A stretch of 64,000 nucleotides of DNA from Macrostomum hystrix (lineage: Eukaryota; Animalia; Platyhelminthes). Positions 1-12,900 of this stretch are shown piece by piece. Made by a program: the position numbers and the translations under genes. Under the pieces are notes generated by a model that worked only from the letters and a program-made list of their open reading frames with translations, made no database searches and was not told the origin of the DNA. Numbering within the stretch: position 1 is the stretch's first letter; each line of letters begins with the position of its first letter. Location of the stretch: NCBI GenBank assembly GCA_950097015.1, contig CATNEN010000029.1:3348001-3412000 (forward strand). Direction: 5' to 3'.

Positions 1-2
1 CG

Positions 3-1312
3 GATCTGATCTGGCGACTGGCCTATGCTTCTTTAGACTTTGCCGAAGATGATGTTTCGTTGCTAGGGACGCCAGTTAATGCAAACTATCCGTTGTCAAG
101 GGCGCCAAAAGATTCGCAGAATCCTTCGCTAGAATTGGAAGGCGAGAAGAAAATGTCAGATTTAGCGCCAGTTGAACCGCTGGACTCCGACGATGACGAA
201 GATGATGAAGATTTGCGCCCAATCACGGCTTCCCTAGCAACGGACGGTCCTGCGCCGGACCCTAATCGGCCCCGCTATATTCGTCAGCTATTGGAGGGTC
301 TGCGATCTACAGCGCCAGAGGAGCGGGACAAACTGCTCGCCAGTCTGGGCGCGGCGCGCCAGCTCATCGCCGAGCACCCGGGCGCCGTACGCGAGCTCAG
401 CCTCGACTTGGCCAATGCGCTGCTCAATCTCAACGCCGACAGTGACGACGCTGTTGAACGCTTCGCCGAGAAACGAATGGCCGCTTTAACTGAACTTGTG
501 TGCACCGATCCGGGCTCGGTAGCAACCTATCTGGCCAATCAGGTGTTCCTGCCAGAGTACTGCACCAGTCAGCGGTTGGACGCCTTGTTTGCGCTGCAGA
601 CGGCGGCTCTGGCGCTCAGTAAATCCAAGCCGCCAATCGTTGCCGACAATGCGGAGGCTCCGCGCCAGACCGTCGGTCGGGTGACGCGGCGCTGGGGCCG
701 GCGAGTACAGCCGGAGTCAGCCGCCTCGGCGAATGCCTTCAGCCGGCACGCCGGCGCTTTCTTCTTTGGCCTGGCGCGTGGCGTCGACACCCAGGCCAAG
801 CATCTAGACTTGGCCGGGTCGGACTTTGCAGTTCTGTGCCGGCTGCTTTACACTCTCGGCGTTGTGTACTTCTGCTCAGAGAACGCACCTGGCCAGGTGA
901 ATCTCAGATCCTATTGCATTTTGAGTGCATAGATGTAGATAAATGTAGATGTAGATAAATAGATATAGATGTAGATTGGTAGATAAGAGTGCAACATTTC
1001 TCCCCTGGACAGTCTCGCATGCTGGCCACGCTAGCCGAGCTGCTGCCTTCAATTTCGCGACACCCGGAAGCGCCGGTGCGTCGCGGCGCTCTGTTCTGCT
1101 ACGCCTGTCTAGGCTTGGCCACGCCGGTTACCATGACAACAGAGCTAGCCGCAATCACAACATCCGTTGGTAGAGACTTATTCGATTCCATTGATAATGA
1201 GCCGGATGCGGAGTGCCGGGAATTGGCAGCCAGTGCTGGCCGCCTGTTGGCCGGCCGACTGTCCGAGGCCTGGCGACTGGCGCTGTCTCCGGCTGAGGAT
1301 GATTATTCATAA
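3..1312 (+). CDS. TELO2: TEL2/TELO2 telomere length regulation protein, 3' part (exons <3-896 and 1013-1312)
   Basis: The frame is open from the window edge. It contains the acidic LDSDDDEDDEDL motif (TEL2 DSDD CK2/PIH1 site) followed by PRYIRQLLEGL and helical-repeat sequence typical of the TEL2 C-terminal domain. A GT-AG intron at 897-1012 joins PGQ to SRMLATL in frame. AATAAA at 1397-1402. Confidence 0.85.
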
Positions 1313-1821
1313 CTTTCTTTTTTCTAATGCATCGTATTTTATTGCTTATTTTCTTTTCGTTTCTACTTACAGTAGGTTGCGAAAAGAAATAGTCTAAATA
1401 AAAATGTATAATGTAAAATTACACCCAACACGAGTGTTTATTCGTTTTCTATGCTAGTTTAGCTTATAGAATCTTAGCAGTTTTAGTTACTTTGATTATT
1501 ATATGTTGAAATATAACTATATGTATTATTAAAATTAAAATTTGGTATTTTTCTCTCCAATTTTCTGCCCTTCATTCTAGTCCTGATAGTGTGCCTCATA
1601 CGCTTAATATGTCAACTTGTTAGGTAAAAATGCATTTCTCATCGCTCTCAAGTCTCTATGGTTATATTCGAGTGGTCGCTTTATTGTTGCCCGAATTTTT
1701 TAAATCTAACTATACGGTAAATATGTCAAACAAAAATTTAATTCAACCAATTATAGTTCATTGCTTTAATTGCTTGCTTCCTTGGTCATAGCAATAGCTT
1801 GATTAGTGTCTGCAAAACGGT

Positions 1822-1890
1822 GGGTTAGCCGCAGCTATTGCATGGCGCATCTTAATGCTGCGTACAGTCAATTGTACTGGGGGACACCAC
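1822..1890 (-). mobile_element. Body fragment of the same SINE family as 2354-2646
   Basis: Shares agccgcagctattgc, ctgcgtac and actggggga..ccaca, in the same order, with 2408-2482. Confidence 0.5.
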
Positions 1891-1999
1891 ATACAGATGA
1901 GATTCTGTATTGCGAACCTGAATATTACAAATTTTTCACTTTTTTGTTTTCTGCTTTTTTCCAGCCTGTGCAGCGACAGTCCGCTATGCGTCATGACCA

Positions 2000-2916
2000 A
2001 TGAATAAAGCTGGCGAACCGAAAGCCATGCGCTCCGCCATGTACACTATCGGTCTAACACCACGCCTGCACTCAATGCGGGGCAGGCGTTTGCTATGCTA
2101 CGCTTCTGCTATCGTACTGGTTGCTATGCTGTTGCTATGCGTCTACAGTCTGAGTAATAGCGGCTTAACGCATCCGCTTAACGACTTGTATCCAGGCGAG
2201 CCCCGCTACGGCATCATATTGGACGCCGGCAGCACCGGGTCCCGGGTGCACGTCTTTGAATTCCGCTACAAGCGGGGCCGCAAGCAGCCTTATGTGCTCA
2301 TTAACGAGCTTTTCCAGCAGGTCAATTAAATATTTTTCCCTTAGTTTCAAAGCTCGTCAACTTGCATTTAATATTCCCCAATTGGGCCAGATGTGCAGCC
2401 GACAGCACAGCCGCAGCTATTGCGCGGTGCTTCTGAAGTCTGCGTACGGCTGTTCAGTCCATGGACTGGGGGAACGCCACACCCACCCTCAAGTTACCCC
2501 AGCTGATGCTCGGACCCTTTTAACAGCTCGAGCAATGCAGAGTTAAGCGTCCTGCTAAAGGACACAATTGTTCCAGTGGAGTCGGGAATCGAACCCCGAC
2601 CTTCATGTCATGAGTCTGACGCATCTAACAACAAGGCTACAACCTCTGTCGCATTTGAATAAAAGCGTTACGTTTTTATTTCGTTTCTTTTACAATCAGG
2701 TGCGGCCGGGCCTGTCAGCATTCGCTAGAGATCCACGCCGTGCGGCCAGCAGCCTCGCCGAACTCATCGAGGCCTGCAAGAAGCGAGTTCCGGCGCACTA
2801 TTGGGCTAGCACACCCCTGGCGCTCAAGGCTACGGCCGGTTTGAGACTGCTCAAGCCCGAGACTTCTGCCAGAATTCTGTCCGAGGTAACAGCTGTCTGT
2901 CTGGCTGTCTGTCTGG

Positions 2917-2961
<45 letters not shown>

Positions 2962-4478
2962 AGAGCGGAAAACATCTGCACACAATCTCCAACACCCGGC
3001 AGGTCCGGCAACTGTTAGCCAGGTCGCCCTTCGCCATGGACAAAGACGCCGTGGCCATCATGGACGGCCTGGACGAAGGCATATTCAGTTGGGTAACGCT
3101 GAATTTTCTAAATGGCCAACTGGCTAAACCAGAGGACTCCTATGGCGCATTGGATCTGGGCGGGGGCAGCACTCAGGTGAATTCAACTTATTAATTTAGT
3201 CCAATTACTCGTTATCGCTAACTTGCTTATCTATAACTCACCCCAGGTGACATTCGCTCTGGCCTCGGCTGCCGCGGCTGCCGCCGCTCCGGCCAGCTTC
3301 GTGAAGCGGCTCAGCCTTGGCGGCGCGGAGGCCAGGCTCTATTCGCACAGCTACCTAGGCCTCGGCCTCATGTCCGCCCGCCTGGCCATCCTGCAGCTCG
3401 CCAGCGGCGGCGGCGGAGCTTCCGGCGCTTCAAGATTCGCGTCGCCATGTTTGCCTGGCAACTACACTGGACAGTGGGAGCACGGCGGTCTTGTGCACAA
3501 TGTCACAGGTGAGTTCAGAGTTTCTCTGTGTTCGTGAGCTTGTAGGATAGTGTTTTTCGGCGACTGAACACCTAAATAGGGGGTTCAAGACGATTTTAAA
3601 AAAGATAATAATTAAGCTGAGTGAAGGATGGAGTTGAGGAGAGTGACCAGTTGAGTGAAGGATGGAGTTGAGGAGAGTGACCAGTTGAGTGAAGGATGGA
3701 GTTGAGGAGAGTGACCAGTTGAGTGAAGGATGGAGTTGAGGAGAGTGACCAGTTGAGTGAAGGATGGAGTTGAGGAGAGTGACCAGCTGAGTGAAGGATG
3801 GAGTTGAGGAGAGTGACCAGCTGAGTGAAGGATGGAGTTGAGGAGAGTGACCAGTTGAGTGAAGGATGGAGTTGAGGAGAGTGACCAGCTGAGTGAAGGA
3901 TAGAGTTGAGGAGAGTGACCAGCTGAGTGAAGGATGGAGTTGAGGAGAGTGACCAGCTGAGTGAAGGATGGGGTTCAGGGGAATGGCAAGTGATGGAGAG
4001 CATTTTGATCACTAATTTAATCTTAATCTCAGGCACGGGTGCCGTAGACCCGTACAACGCCTGTCGCCGTCTCGCCGTTGGCGTAGTTCGATCTGCCGGC
4101 GTTCATCGCCTGGTTGGCAGCGGCGAATCTTTGGACGACGGCAAATTCTACGCGTTCAGCTACTTTTACGACAGGGCGGCCGAGGCTGGACTAATTGGGG
4201 CTGCCGAAGGCGGCGAGGTGACCCTGGCTGACATCGAAGGCGCGGCCCGCACCGCCTGTCAACACGGCGGCAGCTCCAAGCGGCCTTTCCACTGCCTTGA
4301 CCTGTGCTACCAGGCTGCCCTACTGTCTGACGGCTACGGCTTCGGCCCCGGCTCGCGATTTGTGATGCGCAAAAAGATTCGCAATGTGGAGCTCAGCTGG
4401 GCGCTGGGAGCCGTTTTCGACGTATTCTACAATCACGTCAATGGCGGCGACGTCAGCGGGACAACTGCTGCTTTCTGA
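2000..4478 (+). CDS. ENTPD5/6: Ectonucleoside triphosphate diphosphohydrolase 5/6-like (GDA1/CD39 family), about 462 aa; exons 2000-2320, 2700-2885, 3003-3176, 3247-3508, 4033-4478
   Basis: Apyrase conserved regions IILDAGSTGSRVHVF, ATAGLR, MDGLDEGIFSWVTLNFL, GALDLGGGSTQ and WALGA. One N-terminal TM segment and no C-terminal TM. All introns are GT-AG with consistent phases. The start could also be the next in-frame ATG (MRSAM). Confidence 0.93.
2354..2646 (-). mobile_element. tRNA(Met)-derived SINE with a CORE-like central domain, antisense in NTPDase intron 1
   Basis: The minus strand reads gcgtcagactcatgacatgaaggtcggggttcgattcccg (tRNA-Met-like, B box GGTTCGATTCC), then ttgtgtcctttagcaggacgcttaac. 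Homologous copy at 27228-27409. Confidence 0.75.
2893..2961. repeat. (GTCT)n-type microsatellite in NTPDase intron 2
   Basis: Direct reading: ctgtctgtctggctgtctgt... Confidence 0.9.
3615..3975. repeat. 34-bp minisatellite, about 10 copies, in NTPDase intron 4
   Basis: Unit gagtgaccagttgagtgaaggatggagttgagga. Confidence 0.95.
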
Positions 4479-4539
4479 TGACATGCAGGCATCCTGAAGC
4501 AGGTTAAATGACCGTCCATGGGCAGTGACTATTCGGATT

Positions 4540-5925
4540 AATGAAATGGGAATATTAACCATCCTGATAACTGGAATGAGGATAATGACCATATGGATGA
4601 CTGGAATGAGGATAATGATCATATTGATGACTGGAATGGGTATAATGACCATATTGATGACTGGAATGATAATAATGACCATATGGATGACTGGAATGAT
4701 AATAATGACCATATGGATGACTGGAATGATAATAATGACCATATGGATGACTGGAATGATAATAATGACCATATGGATGACTGGAATGATAATAATGGCC
4801 ATATGGATGACTGGAATGAGGATAGTGATCATATGGATGACTGGAATGAGGATAGTGATCATATGGATGACTGGAATGAGGATAATGATCATATGGATGA
4901 CTGGAATGAGGATAATGATCATATTGATGACTGGAATGGGTATAATGACCATATGGATGACTGGAATGATAATAATGACCATATGGATGACTGGAATGAT
5001 AATAATGACCATATGGATGACTGGAATGATAATAATGGCCATATGGATGACTGGAATGAGGATAGTGATCATATGGATGACTGGAATGAGGATAGTGATC
5101 ATATGGATGACTGGAATGAGGATAATGATCATATGGATGACTGGAATGAGGATAATGATCATATTGATGACTGGAATGGGTATAATGATCATATGGATGA
5201 CTGGAATGAGGATAATGACCATATGGATGACTGGAATGATAATAATGGCCATATGGATGACTGGAATGAGGATAGTGATCATATGGATGACTGGAATGAG
5301 GATAGTGATCATATGGATGACTGGAATGAGGATAATGATCATATGGATGACTGGAATGAGGATAATGATCATATTGATGACTGGAATGGGTATAATGACC
5401 ATATGGATGACTGGAATGATAATAATGACCATATGGATGACTGGAATGATAATAATGACCATATGGATGACTGGAATGATAATAATGGCCATATGGATGA
5501 CTGGAATGAGGATAGTGATCATATGGATGACTGGAATGAGGATAGTGATCATATGGATGACTGGAATGAGGATAATGATCATATGGATGACTGGAATGAG
5601 GATAGTGATCATATTGATGACTGGAATGAGGATAATGATCATATTGATGACTGGAATGAGGATAATGACCATATGGATGACTGGAATGAGGATAGTGATC
5701 ATATTGATGACTGGAATGAGGATAATGATCATATTGATGACTGGAATGAGGATAATGACCATATGGATGACTGGAATGAGGATAGTGATCATATTGATGA
5801 CTGGAATGAGGATAATGATCATATTGATGACTGGAATGAGGATAATGACCATATGGATGACTGGGATAAGGATAATGATCATATTGATGACTGGTATGGG
5901 GACAATGATCCGGATGACTGAATGA
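4540..5925. repeat. 30-bp minisatellite, about 46 copies, just downstream of the NTPDase stop codon
   Basis: Unit atatggatgactggaatgaggataatgacc with a few recurring variants. Confidence 0.97.
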
Positions 5926-7399
5926 GAATAATGACTCCTCCCAACAAGCTAAAAGCCATGCAGTTTATTGCGATCTTCAATAGTTTAAAGACTTCAGAAT
6001 ACTATATTGTGACAGATCTCAGCCACTCTGTGCCTAGTAGAGCCGACATGCACCTGAGTGCACCATCAAAGTAGTGTCTCCCTGAGTATATACTTTCTAC
6101 AGTGCCACATTTTCCTTTTCTTCTCACGTTTTCCCAACAATTCAGAAATATTATGCTGCAACAAATTAAATACATTCTGAATACATATGAGTTTGCTTTT
6201 CCAGTGCTTTTTTACCTGTGCCCAATATTTATACCTTTGAGAATGCTTGCTTGTTTTGTTGCTTTTACTTGCGTTATCTTATTAGTAATCAGTGCTTGCC
6301 TTTAGAAGCTCCGAACAGCCTTGGTGATGGTCAACAATGATGTAGGCGAATACAGTCTGTGATGCTGTATCTATTAACTTTAAATATACTCGCGGCATGA
6401 TAATTCTGTCAATTATTAGCTTTCTAGTTTAGATGGACAAGACTGAACTCATACTGACGGACGCTTTCCGGTCAATTTTTTTATTTTAATCTTCTTACAG
6501 GGAATGTGCGTGTTAATCTGCCATGGTTTCATTACACATAAGTTTATCACAGTGGGAGAAGGCGTTTGCCTCCCGCACCTTGGCCCCCCCGAGTTCGATG
6601 ACAAGACGAGGCCACATGTACTTATTAGAAGGCTTATTAAATTTACGCGCTTCAGCGCCAGCCTCCAAGGCACAATGAAGTTTAGATTTATCCTTCTCAT
6701 CTCACTGCCTGACACAAAATGATGAGGGCAGATGTACGGTCACTGTAGTAGTAATAGAAGATTTGACGCAACCCATATTTCCTTATGGCGAAAAGCATAG
6801 TAAGTACAGAGCTCAATAATGCACTGTAAGCTAATGCAACATGTCGATTTCGAGCAATTGGCTGGAAGTCGGAAAATCAGGAGAAGAATTGCCGACATAT
6901 CATCATTCAGTCAGGGGCGCCGATGGAGCTGCTGCGTGGAGTGACCGAACGGCCGGAATCAGACAATGCATCCTACAGATATTAGGCCCAGAGAGTCAAT
7001 TGCGGTCACATTCAACCCGAACACCTGCGACATGGAGCTATTTGATGCTCTTTGATAAGGAAAATGGAGCAATGATATACGATTTAAATAAAACAATTCA
7101 TTTTAGCTTTAACCAAATAATAATTATCTCTCACATAATTTTCACAGACTAGTCGAAAAAGGCATCGCATCCCAAGCTGGATGATATTGGCGAATCGAGA
7201 GGACTGGCGCGTTCGACTAAAATCACAATGGACAGAGGCATTCTGCAGCACTCGCCAATTCAATGGTTGCCGATAAAGCCTGCCCATCTATGTGTGACTT
7301 TCCGCGTCGACTCTAATGCTCCTCGCGAGGCAAAGTTTTAAAAAGCAGCATCGGAAGCCTAATCATGATTCAAAAATCTCGACAGCTTGTAGATCTTAC

Positions 7400-7745
7400 C
7401 CTGTGTCAAATCCCAATACTCTGTGATCGTAGTGCGATTCTCGTCCTTCTTTGATAACTTGGTAAGCGTTGGTTGCAATTTTACCACTCGAACCTGCTGG
7501 CAAACGCCCAAGTGGACATCTTTGACTGCAAGCGGTCGACCATCAGTGTCTACCCCGGTGCATGGAGGCTGCGAGAAAACACCATTTTGAAAGGCTGAAA
7601 TCGTGACTAATACAACACTTCCAATCCGATATTCTTACTACTGCAGGTATCTGCATTACTTTTACACTTTCTTGTAAAAAATAATCACTAAATTACCTTC
7701 TTTCGCATAGCGCTCTGCCATCTCGAGTCGCTTGCTTGTCGGCAT
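7400..7745 (-). CDS. Putative small gene or gene fragment of unknown function (exons 7745-7697 and 7594-7400; 3' end unresolved)
   Basis: MPTSKRLEMAERYAKE(g|gtaat) splices in phase to a 195-nt open exon (tttcag|...|gtaag) reading AFQNGVFSQPPCTGVDTDGRPLAVKDVHLGVCQQVRVVKLQPTLTKLSKKDENRTTITEYWDLTQG. No family recognised. Confidence 0.35.
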
Positions 7746-8937
7746 TTTTTTACTTCGAAATTGAATGCAGTGAGAGCAAAAGAGGGAACAAATTTGTGAC
7801 ACTAAATCAGCCTGACACTTTTTGTGCAGGCAGCTTAAAAATTGTATATTGATCATTCAATACAAAACTGCGTTTGCGTCAAAACTATCAACAGGAAGCA
7901 AAAACATGCGAAGGAGTTGCGCTTATGTCGAATTTCGTTCTTGAGCACATAAGACACGAAAGGAAGGTTCATTTTAGCTTGGTTTGAAGACCGAAGATCC
8001 TAAATCTCTACTTTCAAAAGCTTGTTTGCATCAAATTTGATCTTAAATTTGTACTTACTATATGCTTTTCGCCATAAGGAAATATGGGTTGTGTCAAATC
8101 TTCTATTACTACTCACTGTGCGTGTGCTCAGAAGTGAGTGGAATGGGCAGCATTGCCTCCGCGCTGGCTGCGGTTCGAATATAACCCAATGTGCCAGAGA
8201 ATTGCAAATTTGCTCTTGCAAAGAATAAATACTAAAAATGATTAAAATTACGAGTACCTGTTCGCGTCGGTGGCAATCAAATGGCTTCGAAATGCAGGCT
8301 CCACAAACTACACGCGTGTAACAGTGATACTACTGGCCTCTAACTCTGACTGATACTGCCGCTTCTCGTGTAGCTCAAACATCACTAATCAAACAGGCAA
8401 CTTTTACCGATACCCGATGCAGTAATCTGTGCTATACAGTTGCAACGATATATAATGTATTTAGCGCGCACATTCCAGCTTCCTTGTTCGCCTGTCGCTA
8501 GACTTGATTTTAGTCGCACTGCAAACACGTAGCACCTCGGAGTCGAGGAGCGGCAAAGCCATATTTATTTCAGACACAGCCTCTAAGAGAAGGCGTGAAC
8601 TATGGCCTACACTTGAAGGTAGAGACTGCACTCTATCAGATAAAAATGCAGGATTATGTGTAATGTTCAACAGCAACCAACTGCTTATTTGCGAATCACT
8701 TTTTAACATACCATAACTGTTGAGTAAAATAACTAAGAAAAAGAAAGCCTCGACACAATGTGAATATTCTTTATCCAGACCAAGGATTTCTTATCGATAG
8801 ATTCAGACTTTCTTTCACTATTTGGGTCTTAACAAAAAGCAAGACGCCAGCGCTCAATCAAGGAAAGAGTGCGCGCATGCAAAGGCAGGGCCAAGATTGT
8901 TCCAGCTCGACAACTGAGGGCACACAACGCAACAAGT

Positions 8938-9982
8938 CTATTCGTCATCGTCCTTGGCAGCGTTACCGCCGGCAATGGCTCCCTGCAGCTTGGACAGGAA
9001 GGTGGCCTTCTTCTGTTGCACCCGGTCGCGCCTCTGCTCGCGGGACATCTTCTTGCGGCCGTAGCGCTTGGGCTTCGCGCCCGCGGCCGGGGCCTTCTTC
9101 TCCTTCTTCTCAGGCTCCGGCTTGGCCCGGATGGCGGCGTGCGCCTTGGAGTACATCGACTCGATGCTGTCCTCATCGACGCCCTTCTTCAGGTAGTCAG
9201 AGAACTGTCGCTGATAGGCCTCCTCGTCGTCGGCCTTCAGCGAGCGCATATACTCGGCCACGTGCAGGCCCAGGATCTTTTTGCGGTGCTCCTCGGCACT
9301 GTAAGCGAAACAGACGATGACTTGTTAAACACATTACGTTATAAACTAATTTCTGGGTCCTTTATCTGGGCGACAGTGGATCAGTGCTGGGCAGCCACAC
9401 AGAAAGCACTTACGTGTACTGCTTTGACTCAGCATTGTAGCCAGGGAAGCGCTTGTTCGAGTGCGGGATGTCCAAGCCACCGTCGACTGCGCCCTTCAGC
9501 GCGCCGAAAACGCGCGCTCCAGTGGTAGTGCGCAGGAGGCCAACGTCTAGGTAGCAGCGGAAAGCGCCGGGCTGGCCATCTGGGCTCTCAACCTGGAATT
9601 CCTCGCCGTCAGCCTTCTCCTTGCCAACGTAGATATTGTCCAGCTTGAGCTTGCGGATCATGCGCCTGGCAAGCAGCAGGCCGGTGGCGTAGGCCGAGGC
9701 GTAGTTCTTAAGGCCGACCTTGACGCCATAGCGAGGTAGCTCGTGTGAATATGCCGAGCACATCACATGGTCGCCTTCAATGCGGGCGTACACAATCTGG
9801 CAGATGATGTCCTTGTTGGTAAATCGGACCACCATGCGGTACTTAGGGGTGTTGTACTTATTCTTATCCTGCCAGATAAGCCTCTTCCTGGCATAGTAGT
9901 CGGTCTTTCCCTGGCGGCGCCTCTTGAACTTGACCTGAAACCGCTTAAAATAAGCGGTGGTCTTCGCAACCTTTACGTAACC
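8938..9982 (-). CDS. RPL5: 60S ribosomal protein L5 (uL18); exons 9982-9414 and 9298-8938; initiator ATG not located
   Basis: [62 protein letters not shown] and [12 protein letters not shown] are characteristic uL18 sequence. The 9413-9299 intron is GT-AG and in frame. Confidence 0.98.
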
Positions 9983-12900
9983 CTGAAAATCAAAGACAGT
10001 TTTTTTTCATAAAATGAACTATATGAAGTAACAACAAACAAAAAATATATTTTGTATTAGACTTTTACAATAAGGCATTTGCAAAATAGCTACATGTTTG
10101 CTGTTTAACAAAATATGAAGCAATTTAATTCAGTCAACCAGAACTAAAAAAACTGTTAGCATCAACTTAGAAAATACCAACATGCTCCTACAAAGAGTTT
10201 AGATATTAAAAAACATTCCTTTTCTATTTATGATTAAGAAGCTTGAAACTATTTTTTGGTAATGTTTAGCTGTTAATCAAGTGGTTACTATGTACTAAAC
10301 GTAAGCAATTAAGATAGGATTTTTTGCTAAAAACTCATTATAAAAATAGTATGGCAAGCATGTAAGAGTTACAATTGTATTTCTTGTGTTTCTTTTGACT
10401 TTTATGCTATTATAGAGACATCAGTTTTAAATTGCCTTAAGATAGCAAGTTTAAAATTTCAGTAGAGAGAAATTAAGCTAACAAGTATACCTAGATCTTT
10501 ATTACCTTTCTGGCTCAAATAATATAGTACCACAGAATATCTAATTAGTGCTATTAATTGTCAAACATTTCTATATCACAACAATTTAGCACCCTTTTGG
10601 GTTCTGGTCTACTTGTCAGCAACAATCTTCTCTACCTATAGAGAAGTTGACTTATTAGTAAATAAATGAAAGCCATGAGAAAATGAATAATTTAAAAACA
10701 GCATTTGATTTAATTGTTATAAAAAGGAGCCTAGTTAAAATAGGTCAAATATTGTTTAGATATGCAATAGACTAAAGTGAAGTAGACAAAGCACATAATC
10801 AATTTGAGCTTGTGCATTGCTTATACATTTTATCAGTATGATAATTAGTTATCTGACAATAAATGCTATACAATATGAATTTTTGTATGGCTTACAAGTT
10901 TGAATGAAGTTTTTTAAGGCAAATTATTAGCAAACAAGATAGCAGTAGACAAAAAACAGAAACCATCTTTATCAAAGAACAAACATATTTTCATTTACAG
11001 CTTAAAGGCAAATAAAGCAAACTACAATTCAAATAAAGCAAATATACTCCTGATTGCATGATACATTTTAAATTATATCAGAAGCAATAGAAGTCATATT
11101 TGTGAGAATTACCATTCTAAATGCTATTAAACCACTATAATTATGATTTTGCACTATATATAGCTAATGTAAATGCTGATAAAAGTAAAATATAGCAACT
11201 TAGCTACTTATTATTTTAATTAATTCTTTATCAAAGTATAACTAAAAAAGTAGCAAGTATAATTTACTTTCTAGTTGCTAGTAGCTTAGCAAAAAAGCTA
11301 CCATGTTCATAAAAGCAAATTATAAAAAGTAACAAAAAGGAGAAACTTAAAGATTCGTTTTGTTTCTTTTTTTTAAAACATATATGTAACTAGAAACTTT
11401 TTTAAAGCTAGCTGATATGGACACATTGAAATGAAACCAAGCCAAGCCAAATGTCTAGTACACTGTCACTGCTTCTAAGAGCTAGGTTGCCAACCAGACT
11501 GAAGTCACGGTGCAGAAGTAGAATAGAAACGCTAATTGGTTTTGGTTGGAAGATAATTAGTAGCTTTTAATTTCAATTGCTTTTGTAGCAGAAAGGCGAA
11601 ATATGCACTGAAACTAGTGTCCTGGATTGACTTCAAAATTAGTACGTTCGTCGTAGTTTATCTTATGTAGGAAAGAAGGTATAAATGTTTAAATTACGAT
11701 TTTCAGCAAATAAAGCACAATCCATACGAAATTATTATATTCAACAAAAGCGCAGAAGATTAACAATGAACGAGTTTTAGCGACCAGATTTAAAGGACTA
11801 TTAAAACCCAAAAATGAGTGTAATCGGAGTTTAAAATTTATTCGATTGGTTGACAGACCAAATTAGATTAATGTAGTATAACAAAGTTAAAATGACTTCA
11901 TGTAGACGACAAAACATCGCTTTTGCTCATTTTTAAAGTAGCAAAAAAACTTTTGGTGTACGAGGAACTAGCAAGACATAAAGTTTTTAATACTTCAGGA
12001 CTATATTATACTCTTATACCTTATATATCTTATACTCTTATACTCTTATACTCTTATATCTTAATCTTTGCTTATACTATACTATATAGTGAAAGTCATA
12101 CTACAAGCTCGTATCGATCGTCAGTTTTTTCGAATCTTGTTTAGATAATCTTACAGTCTAATGAATATAATTTTCAGTTAAGACGCAGTCTGTTTACAGT
12201 AACACTTCTAACACCGATTCATCATATTCTCATCAACTTTTCATCTCTTCTCAAAGAGGATTTAATTGATTAGTTTTTTTAATTACTGGCTATTCATAAG
12301 AGCCAACATTTACTTAAAAAGGTAGATTGGCGCGTTCTATAAAGCTGGCGTATCTTTAAGTTCAAACTCTAGCTGGGACCTGATATTAACTCTGTCGAGA
12401 TAGGAGCTTAGACCCAGTGCAAATATGATATAGAAATGATTACGAGTATTAATATAAAGCTAGTGCATGTCATCTCGCTGTCGCTGTACGCTGTACGCTG
12501 TAAATGCTAGCGATAGTTGCGCACGTGTAGGACCATATCTCAGCAATCCGAGAGCTGTTTGTTTTAGCTATCACATGGTAAATGAATTCGAAAAGAGCAG
12601 CAAATGGCAGAGTGCATGTTTCATCAATCGTAAGTTTTAATTACGGATAAGTTAGTAACAGTACATTTCTGGACATTTAGAAGTTAGGCTGCAGGATTCA
12701 TATCATAGCAATCAAAAGTGTATTGCAACCAAATATGAGTAATTCAAGGCATACCATTGCATGTATAGCAGAAATTACAGTGACAATGTAAATTAGAACA
12801 GAATCTGAAGAAATAGATCGCAGCTATCTGTATGAAGCAATTCATAAGCGCAACCATGCATTTATTAGCTATGTAAAAGCGTATGCAGCGATTTGATTTA

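Noticed and set aside
4320-5925. 520-aa and 466-aa hydrophobic repeat ORFs (MIIILIPVIH, MTIWMTGMII)
   Set aside because: By-products of a 30-bp tandem unit; a 10-codon unit often lacks stops by chance.
6504-6722. Plus-strand ORF MCVLICHGFITHKF..., vaguely like CxC/KDZ transposase segments
   Set aside because: The resemblance is only a few residues, and it overlaps equally plausible minus-strand frames.
8760-10012. Plus-strand ORFs overlapping RPL5 (and similar antisense ORFs over DOHH, CRP and TELO2)
   Set aside because: Antisense shadows of GC-rich coding exons.
12174-12236. Possible C/D snoRNA on the minus strand (ATGATGA...CTGA) near RPL5
   Set aside because: Only 52-63 nt, with no terminal stem, no recognisable D'/C' boxes and no rRNA guide I can identify.
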